Assembly: GCF_004010195.1 (NCBI RefSeq)
Contig: NC_057737.1
Span: 25,222,519-25,286,518 of the forward strand
From: Chiloscyllium plagiosum
Taxonomy: Eukaryota
Direction of reading: 5' to 3'
DNA length: 64,000 nt
The notes beneath the pieces were generated by a model. The model was given only the letters and a program-made list of their open reading frames with translations, was not told where the DNA came from and did no database searches. Shown piece after piece: positions 13,972 to 24,448 of this stretch. The position numbers and the translations under genes were made by a program. Every line of letters starts with the position of its first letter. The stretch's first letter is position 1.

Positions 13972-14821
13972 TATGGCTGCTCCAGTTCAGTTTCTGGTGA
14001 CTGATAGTTCACAGGATACTGATAGTGGGGGAATTCATGGTAATGCCACTAAATGCCAAGAAAAAATGGCTAGATGCTCTTGTCGGAGATGGTACTTGTC
14101 CTTGTGCTTGTGTGGTGCAAATGTTATTTGTCACTTTTCAGTTAAAGACTGAATGTTCATCAGGTGTTGCTGCATTTGGACGTGAACCGCTTCAGTATCT
14201 GGTTTCAGTAGAAAACATCGGATTTTATGATGGAGTGAAACCTTTTTTATTAATGCTGGCAGGGCCCGCACTTGTTGTACATCACCAATTACCCTTGTGA
14301 TAAGCTGCTGACTTGCCTGATGTCGTCCATTTGGTGTACATGCAGCCAACTCAGAATGATAGGAAGGGAGGAGTTTCAGGATTTTGATCCAGTGACAATG
14401 AACGGACAACACCAGTTTCAAGTCAGAATGGAGGGGACCTTGCAGATGCAGGTTCCCATATATCTGCTCTTACTGTTGCAGATGGTAGTGGCCATGGATT
14501 TGGAGGATGCTTTAGAAGTGAACTTGGATGAATTTCTGAAGTGCAATGAGTAGATGGTACGCACTCCTATTAGTGTGCATTGATGATGAAGTAATTGAAT
14601 GGCACCACATCCACAAGCAATCAAGCAGGCTACTTTGTCTTGGATAATATCAATCTTGACTGTTTATTGGAGCTGCACTCATTCAGGCAAGTACAGAATG
14701 TTTCATTAAATTCCTGACTCATTCCTTGTGGTGGATAGGCTTTGAGGAGTCATGATCCTTAGCTATTGACCTGTTCTTGTAGCCACTGTATTTATATGGC
14801 TAGTGTAGTTCAGTTTCTAGA

Positions 14822-14991
14822 TCAGTGGTGCTGGAAGAGCACAGCAATTCAGGCAGCATCCAACGAGCAGCAAAATCGACGTTTCGGGCAAAAGCCCTTC
14901 ATCAGGAATAAAGGCAGAGAGCCTGAAGCGTGGAGAGATAAGCTAGAGGAGTGTGGGGGTGGGGAGAAAGTAGCATAGAGTACAATAGGTG
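14822..14991 (-). mobile_element. Penelope-type 3'-terminal fragment (young) with hammerhead motif
   Basis: Shares the block gtgctggaa.agcacagca.tcaggcagcatc...atcgacgtttcgggc with 13797-13971, 24165-24284 and 30617-31078. CpGs are intact. Confidence 0.75.
14874..14909 (-). ncRNA. Minimal type I hammerhead ribozyme, intact core
   Basis: - strand ATTC-CTGATGA-A-GGGC-TTTT-GCCC-GAAAC-GTC-GATT: CUGANGA and GAAA boxes, 4-bp stem II, palindromic ACGU stem III, GUC cleavage triplet. Confidence 0.85.
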
Positions 14992-17900
14992 ACACACACA
15001 CACGCCTCGCCCTGCACACACACACGCCTCGCCCTGCACACACACACGCCTCGCCCTGCACACACACACGCCTCGCCCTGCACACACACACGCCTCGCCC
15101 TGCACACACACACGCCTCGCCCTGCACACACACACGCCTCGCCCTGCACACACACACGCCTCGCCCTGCACACACACACGCCTCGCCCTGCACACACACA
15201 CGCCTCGCCCTGCACACACACACGCCTCGCCCTGCACACACACACGCCTCGCCCTGCACACACACACGCCTCGCCCTGCACACACACACGCCTCGCCCTG
15301 CACACACACACGCCTCGCCCTGCACACACACACGCCTCGCCCTGCACACACACACGCCTCGCCCTGCACACACACACGCCTCGCCCTGCACACACACACG
15401 CCTCGCCCTGCACACACACACGCCTCGCCCTGCACACACACACGCCTCGCCCTGCACACACACACGCCTCGCCCTGCACACACACACGCCTCGCCCTGCA
15501 CACACACACGCCTCGCCCTGCACACACACACGCCTCGCCCTGCACACACACACGCCTCGCCCTGCACACACACACGCCTCGCCCTGCACACACACACGCC
15601 TCGCCCTGCACACACACACGCCTCGCCCTGCACACACACACGCCTCGCCCTGCACACACACACGCCTCGCCCTGCACACACACACGCCTCGCCCTGCACA
15701 CACACACGCCTCGCCCTGCACACACACACGCCTCGCCCTGCACACACACACGCCTCGCCCTGCACACACACACGCCTCGCCCTGCACACACACACGCCTC
15801 GCCCTGCACACACACACGCCTCGCCCTGCACACACACACGCCTCGCCCTGCACACACACACGCCTCGCCCTGCACACACACACGCCTCGCCCTGCACACA
15901 CACACGCCTCGCCCTGCACACACACACGCCTCGCCCTGCACACACACACGCCTCGCCCTGCACACACACACGCCTCGCCCTGCACACACACACGCCTCGC
16001 CCTGCACACACACACGCCTCGCCCTGCACACACACACGCCTCGCCCTGCACACACACACGCCTCGCCCTGCACACACACACGCCTCGCCCTGCACACACA
16101 CACGCCTCGCCCTGCACACACACACGCCTCGCCCTGCACACACACACGCCTCGCCCTGCACACACACACGCCTCGCCCTGCACACACACACGCCTCGCCC
16201 TGCACACACACACGCCTCGCCCTGCACACACACACGCCTCGCCCTGCACACACACACGCCTCGCCCTGCACACACACACGCCTCGCCCTGCACACACACA
16301 CGCCTCGCCCTGCACACACACACGCCTCGCCCTGCACACACACACGCCTCGCCCTGCACACACACACGCCTCGCCCTGCACACACACACGCCTCGCCCTG
16401 CACACACACACGCCTCGCCCTGCACACACACACGCCTCGCCCTGCACACACACACGCCTCGCCCTGCACACACACACGCCTCGCCCTGCACACACACACG
16501 CCTCGCCCTGCACACACACACGCCTCGCCCTGCACACACACACGCCTCGCCCTGCACACACACACGCCTCGCCCTGCACACACACACGCCTCGCCCTGCA
16601 CACACACACGCCTCGCCCTGCACACACACACGCCTCGCCCTGCACACACACACGCCTCGCCCTGCACACACACACGCCTCGCCCTGCACACACACACGCC
16701 TCGCCCTGCACACACACACGCCTCGCCCTGCACACACACACGCCTCGCCCTGCACACACACACGCCTCGCCCTGCACACACACACGCCTCGCCCTGCACA
16801 CACACACGCCTCGCCCTGCACACACACACGCCTCGCCCTGCACACACACACGCCTCGCCCTGCACACACACACGCCTCGCCCTGCACACACACACGCCTC
16901 GCCCTGCACACACACACGCCTCGCCCTGCACACACACACGCCTCGCCCTGCACACACACACGCCTCGCCCTGCACACACACACGCCTCGCCCTGCACACA
17001 CACACGCCTCGCCCTGCACACACACACGCCTCGCCCTGCACACACACACGCCTCGCCCTGCACACACACACGCCTCGCCCTGCACACACACACGCCTCGC
17101 CCTGCACACACACACGCCTCGCCCTGCACACACACACGCCTCGCCCTGCACACACACACGCCTCGCCCTGCACACACACACGCCTCGCCCTGCACACACA
17201 CACGCCTCGCCCTGCACACACACACGCCTCGCCCTGCACACACACACGCCTCGCCCTGCACACACACACGCCTCGCCCTGCACACACACACGCCTCGCCC
17301 TGCACACACACACGCCTCGCCCTGCACACACACACGCCTCGCCCTGCACACACACACGCCTCGCCCTGCACACACACACGCCTCGCCCTGCACACACACA
17401 CGCCTCGCCCTGCACACACACACGCCTCGCCCTGCACACACACACGCCTCGCCCTGCACACACACACGCCTCGCCCTGCACACACACACGCCTCGCCCTG
17501 CACACACACACGCCTCGCCCTGCACACACACACGCCTCGCCCTGCACACACACACGCCTCGCCCTGCACACACACACGCCTCGCCCTGCACACACACACG
17601 CCTCGCCCTGCACACACACACGCCTCGCCCTGCACACACACACGCCTCGCCCTGCACACACACACGCCTCGCCCTGCACACACACACGCCTCGCCCTGCA
17701 CACACACACGCCTCGCCCTGCACACACACACGCCTCGCCCTGCACACACACACGCCTCGCCCTGCACACACACACGCCTCGCCCTGCACACACACACGCC
17801 TCGCCCTGCACACACACACGCCTCGCCCTGCACACACACACGCCTCGCCCTGCACACACACACGCCTCGCCCTGCACACACACACGCCTCGCCCTGCACA

Positions 17901-20900
17901 CACACACGCCTCGCCCTGCACACACACACGCCTCGCCCTGCACACACACACGCCTCGCCCTGCACACACACACGCCTCGCCCTGCACACACACACGCCTC
18001 GCCCTGCACACACACACGCCTCGCCCTGCACACACACACGCCTCGCCCTGCACACACACACGCCTCGCCCTGCACACACACACGCCTCGCCCTGCACACA
18101 CACACGCCTCGCCCTGCACACACACACGCCTCGCCCTGCACACACACACGCCTCGCCCTGCACACACACACGCCTCGCCCTGCACACACACACGCCTCGC
18201 CCTGCACACACACACGCCTCGCCCTGCACACACACACGCCTCGCCCTGCACACACACACGCCTCGCCCTGCACACACACACGCCTCGCCCTGCACACACA
18301 CACGCCTCGCCCTGCACACACACACGCCTCGCCCTGCACACACACACGCCTCGCCCTGCACACACACACGCCTCGCCCTGCACACACACACGCCTCGCCC
18401 TGCACACACACACGCCTCGCCCTGCACACACACACGCCTCGCCCTGCACACACACACGCCTCGCCCTGCACACACACACGCCTCGCCCTGCACACACACA
18501 CGCCTCGCCCTGCACACACACACGCCTCGCCCTGCACACACACACGCCTCGCCCTGCACACACACACGCCTCGCCCTGCACACACACACGCCTCGCCCTG
18601 CACACACACACGCCTCGCCCTGCACACACACACGCCTCGCCCTGCACACACACACGCCTCGCCCTGCACACACACACGCCTCGCCCTGCACACACACACG
18701 CCTCGCCCTGCACACACACACGCCTCGCCCTGCACACACACACGCCTCGCCCTGCACACACACACGCCTCGCCCTGCACACACACACGCCTCGCCCTGCA
18801 CACACACACGCCTCGCCCTGCACACACACACGCCTCGCCCTGCACACACACACGCCTCGCCCTGCACACACACACGCCTCGCCCTGCACACACACACGCC
18901 TCGCCCTGCACACACACACGCCTCGCCCTGCACACACACACGCCTCGCCCTGCACACACACACGCCTCGCCCTGCACACACACACGCCTCGCCCTGCACA
19001 CACACACGCCTCGCCCTGCACACACACACGCCTCGCCCTGCACACACACACGCCTCGCCCTGCACACACACACGCCTCGCCCTGCACACACACACGCCTC
19101 GCCCTGCACACACACACGCCTCGCCCTGCACACACACACGCCTCGCCCTGCACACACACACGCCTCGCCCTGCACACACACACGCCTCGCCCTGCACACA
19201 CACACGCCTCGCCCTGCACACACACACGCCTCGCCCTGCACACACACACGCCTCGCCCTGCACACACACACGCCTCGCCCTGCACACACACACGCCTCGC
19301 CCTGCACACACACACGCCTCGCCCTGCACACACACACGCCTCGCCCTGCACACACACACGCCTCGCCCTGCACACACACACGCCTCGCCCTGCACACACA
19401 CACGCCTCGCCCTGCACACACACACGCCTCGCCCTGCACACACACACGCCTCGCCCTGCACACACACACGCCTCGCCCTGCACACACACACGCCTCGCCC
19501 TGCACACACACACGCCTCGCCCTGCACACACACACGCCTCGCCCTGCACACACACACGCCTCGCCCTGCACACACACACGCCTCGCCCTGCACACACACA
19601 CGCCTCGCCCTGCACACACACACGCCTCGCCCTGCACACACACACGCCTCGCCCTGCACACACACACGCCTCGCCCTGCACACACACACGCCTCGCCCTG
19701 CACACACACACGCCTCGCCCTGCACACACACACGCCTCGCCCTGCACACACACACGCCTCGCCCTGCACACACACACGCCTCGCCCTGCACACACACACG
19801 CCTCGCCCTGCACACACACACGCCTCGCCCTGCACACACACACGCCTCGCCCTGCACACACACACGCCTCGCCCTGCACACACACACGCCTCGCCCTGCA
19901 CACACACACGCCTCGCCCTGCACACACACACGCCTCGCCCTGCACACACACACGCCTCGCCCTGCACACACACACGCCTCGCCCTGCACACACACACGCC
20001 TCGCCCTGCACACACACACGCCTCGCCCTGCACACACACACGCCTCGCCCTGCACACACACACGCCTCGCCCTGCACACACACACGCCTCGCCCTGCACA
20101 CACACACGCCTCGCCCTGCACACACACACGCCTCGCCCTGCACACACACACGCCTCGCCCTGCACACACACACGCCTCGCCCTGCACACACACACGCCTC
20201 GCCCTGCACACACACACGCCTCGCCCTGCACACACACACGCCTCGCCCTGCACACACACACGCCTCGCCCTGCACACACACACGCCTCGCCCTGCACACA
20301 CACACGCCTCGCCCTGCACACACACACGCCTCGCCCTGCACACACACACGCCTCGCCCTGCACACACACACGCCTCGCCCTGCACACACACACGCCTCGC
20401 CCTGCACACACACACGCCTCGCCCTGCACACACACACGCCTCGCCCTGCACACACACACGCCTCGCCCTGCACACACACACGCCTCGCCCTGCACACACA
20501 CACGCCTCGCCCTGCACACACACACGCCTCGCCCTGCACACACACACGCCTCGCCCTGCACACACACACGCCTCGCCCTGCACACACACACGCCTCGCCC
20601 TGCACACACACACGCCTCGCCCTGCACACACACACGCCTCGCCCTGCACACACACACGCCTCGCCCTGCACACACACACGCCTCGCCCTGCACACACACA
20701 CGCCTCGCCCTGCACACACACACGCCTCGCCCTGCACACACACACGCCTCGCCCTGCACACACACACGCCTCGCCCTGCACACACACACGCCTCGCCCTG
20801 CACACACACACGCCTCGCCCTGCACACACACACGCCTCGCCCTGCACACACACACGCCTCGCCCTGCACACACACACGCCTCGCCCTGCACACACACACG

Positions 20901-22150
20901 CCTCGCCCTGCACACACACACGCCTCGCCCTGCACACACACACGCCTCGCCCTGCACACACACACGCCTCGCCCTGCACACACACACGCCTCGCCCTGCA
21001 CACACACACGCCTCGCCCTGCACACACACACGCCTCGCCCTGCACACACACACGCCTCGCCCTGCACACACACACGCCTCGCCCTGCACACACACACGCC
21101 TCGCCCTGCACACACACACGCCTCGCCCTGCACACACACACGCCTCGCCCTGCACACACACACGCCTCGCCCTGCACACACACACGCCTCGCCCTGCACA
21201 CACACACGCCTCGCCCTGCACACACACACGCCTCGCCCTGCACACACACACGCCTCGCCCTGCACACACACACGCCTCGCCCTGCACACACACACGCCTC
21301 GCCCTGCACACACACACGCCTCGCCCTGCACACACACACGCCTCGCCCTGCACACACACACGCCTCGCCCTGCACACACACACGCCTCGCCCTGCACACA
21401 CACACGCCTCGCCCTGCACACACACACGCCTCGCCCTGCACACACACACGCCTCGCCCTGCACACACACACGCCTCGCCCTGCACACACACACGCCTCGC
21501 CCTGCACACACACACGCCTCGCCCTGCACACACACACGCCTCGCCCTGCACACACACACGCCTCGCCCTGCACACACACACGCCTCGCCCTGCACACACA
21601 CACGCCTCGCCCTGCACACACACACGCCTCGCCCTGCACACACACACGCCTCGCCCTGCACACACACACGCCTCGCCCTGCACACACACACGCCTCGCCC
21701 TGCACACACACACGCCTCGCCCTGCACACACACACGCCTCGCCCTGCACACACACACGCCTCGCCCTGCACACACACACGCCTCGCCCTGCACACACACA
21801 CGCCTCGCCCTGCACACACACACGCCTCGCCCTGCACACACACACGCCTCGCCCTGCACACACACACGCCTCGCCCTGCACACACACACGCCTCGCCCTG
21901 CACACACACACGCCTCGCCCTGCACACACACACGCCTCGCCCTGCACACACACACGCCTCGCCCTGCACACACACACGCCTCGCCCTGCACACACACACG
22001 CCTCGCCCTGCACACACACACGCCTCGCCCTGCACACACAAATACACATGCACACACACACACACGCCTCGCCCTGCACACACACACGCCTCGCCCTGCA
22101 CACACACACGCCTCGCCCTGCACACACACACGCCTCGCCCTGCACACACA
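14992..22150. repeat. 22-bp tandem minisatellite (CACACACACACGCCTCGCCCTG)n, ~325 copies
   Basis: Directly visible, about 7.16 kb. Only one variant unit seen (~22033-22065, cacacacaaatacacatgcacacacacacacac). Confidence 0.99.
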
Positions 22151-23145
22151 CCCCACAATGTTGTTTTAGGCCAATGCAGTGATGGTACTGGGATTGAATG
22201 TCAAAAGAAAATGGTTAAATTGTTTGTCTTACTGGAAATGGCCATTGCCTAGTACTTGCATGGTGTGAATGTTAGTCCAATTTTGTCAGTCCAAAATTAT
22301 CCAATTATTGTTGAATTTGGATAGGGACTGCTTCTTTGTATGAAGAGTCACATGGGATTGATGGAGAGAAAATCATTGAAGCTGAAGATGGTTGGACGAG
22401 AACACTACCCTGGAGATTTGCTACAGAGATGATGCTGATTTGTTTGACTTCACAACAACCGCAGCCATATTCCTTTTCAATCAGTATAACCCTGACCAAT
22501 GCAAAGTTTTTTTTCCTCCTGATTCCCATTGACTCCAGTATTGCTGGGGATCTTTGATGCCACATTTGATCAAGTACAGTCTTGATGTAAAGGCAATCAC
22601 TCTTGCCTCCACCTTTGGAGTTCAGCTGTTTTATCCATATTTGAAACAAATTGTCATCAGGTCAGGGACTGAGTAACCCTGTCCGAACAAAACTAAATAT
22701 CAGTGAGCAGTTTAGCGTGAAGCAAATGTTGTTTGAAAGCTCAATTAATGACCCCATCTGTCACTTTACTGATCAGCAAGAATAGACTGATGGTGTGTTA
22801 ATTGGCCATGATTGGAATTGCCATGCTTTTTACGTATAAGACTTAGCTGGGCAATGTTCCACATTCCCATTTAAATGCCAGTATTATAGCTATATTGGGA
22901 CAGCATGTCTCGATGAACAGCAGTTTCTGGAAAGCATGTCAATAACATTGTTGGAACGTTGTCAGTGCTTGTACCCTTTGCATTATTCAGAGACTTTGCC
23001 TTTTTCTTGATATCATATGAGTGAGTCAAATTGGATGAAGCCTTGCATATACGATGCTAGGGTCCTCAGGAGAAGGCTTAAAAGAATTATCCATTAACTT
23101 GGCATTTCTGACTGCTAATTATTGCAAATACTTCAGCCTTACCTT
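22151..23145 (-). mobile_element. Continuation of the second old L2-type LINE beyond the tandem array
   Basis: 22151-22290 aligns to 14000-14140 of the sister copy, resuming where 14821 stops. Confidence 0.65.
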
Positions 23146-23782
23146 TTATGTGTTTCTAAAAGTTACTGTAGTCACTCTCCCTCTGTGTATTTTTTAATCA
23201 ATTGACTGCACTACCTTCTTCCAAAAATTCACTTCTGATGTCCTGTTAAGAGAGACTAACCTTCCTCAATTCTACTCTTAACTTTCTAGCTGCGAGAGGA
23301 ACTCCAGTGTTGCTTTCACTTCTCAGCTCCCTGAGGTCTATTCTAATGCTTGCTACTTAATTGGTTACATACTTGTACCCACTGACATCACTTGAAAGCA
23401 TCGCATCAGGTTCAACATACGTTGATGGCACTCAACACCACTGACCCACTACTTCTCTTTTAATTCTTCTCTCTATGTGGGCAATTGATTTTTTTTTTCA
23501 AAATTATATCATGGATGTTTTGAAAATAAGCTATGTTAAGCATTGGAAGGTCAAGACGATTGTAGTCACCTGACCAGTTTCCAAACCCACTTGTGAACCA
23601 GCAGCTTTTACTGAAGCAGGCTGCTCTCAACCTGAGCATGGTATGCAACTCAAAGATGAATTTTCAGCTGCAATTTCTCTACACTGTGAAGTTTTCTTAC
23701 CTCGAAGACTATCCATCTCTGCCTTTGTCAAACTTGCCATTGCCGAAAGCCTCCATTATGCCTTTGAAAGCTTGCTCTAAGG

Positions 23783-24436
23783 TATCTTGCCGTTTTCCTC
23801 CCCTCAGTCGAAGCAAAACGCTCAGAGACACAGTTTTACCTCCTTCATCTTTATTCTGGGCCCTGGAGGGAGAGAGAAAGATCACCCATGTGCACAAAGA
23901 CATGAGTTCACGGGCTTCTCTGGAACAGCAATTTTACAATGAGCTATATAGTCATTTTAAAGGGAGGCGCATCCAGATAAGGCACATACATATTAATTGG
24001 GTGACCGTTAGAATCAGCAAGTATCAATAATAAAGATTAAGCCATCTGCTGTTGCATAATGAATAACTGGCTTCACATAATGTGTACTTTTTAACCTTGT
24101 TAGCTGACGTTACGTACTGAATGCTACCTCATCTTGTTAAATGTCTCAACATACTGACTGCTTTTGCCTGAATCATCAATTTTCCTGCTCCTCAGATGCT
24201 GCCTGACCTGCTGTGCTTTTCCAGCACCACTGTAATCTAGACTCTGGTTTCCAGCGTCTGCAGTCCTCACTTTTGCCTGCTTTTCTACCTTGTTAACCCA
24301 TTACCCTTGCCTCTAGCACCCAATTGTTAACTGTAAGTTCTTATCTGATCTGAGTCATGCTCAGCTTATCCTCTTGTTTCACAAATCTCCGAACTTAACT
24401 CCTTCCCTGCCTGCTTATACATGATACACATTCTCA
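23783..24436 (-). repeat. 3' LTR, carrying a ~120 bp secondary insertion
   Basis: Colinear homology with 26930-27455 (e.g. cagtcgaagcaaaac.ctcagagac; taaagattaagccatctgctgtt; tgaataactggcttcacataatg). Confidence 0.88.
24165..24284 (+). mobile_element. Truncated Penelope-type 3' fragment inserted in the 3' LTR
   Basis: Absent from the 5' LTR; flanked by ctgctttt duplication; homologous to 31005-31078. Confidence 0.8.
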
Positions 24437-24448
24437 TTCCCTCCTTTT
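24437..24448 (-). promoter_or_regulatory. Polypurine tract
   Basis: - strand AAAAGGAGGGAA immediately abutting the TG of the 3' LTR. Confidence 0.88.

Larger units (their letters stand above)
13065..14821 (-). mobile_element. Two tandem old L2-type LINE 3' fragments hosting younger insertions
   Basis: 13070-14230 and ~14290-14821 are mutually homologous and resemble 62325-62660 and (inverse) 31370-31500 and 38905-39025. Confidence 0.65.

Noticed and set aside
14992-22150. CRISPR-like or telomeric array
   Set aside because: No unique spacers or cas genes, eukaryotic context, and no TTAGGG.
14849-22182. Four ~2400-aa ORFs (Cys/Val- or His/Thr-rich)
   Set aside because: They are artefacts of a stop-free 22-bp unit. 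All frames are open, there is no synonymous variation, and the location is intronic.
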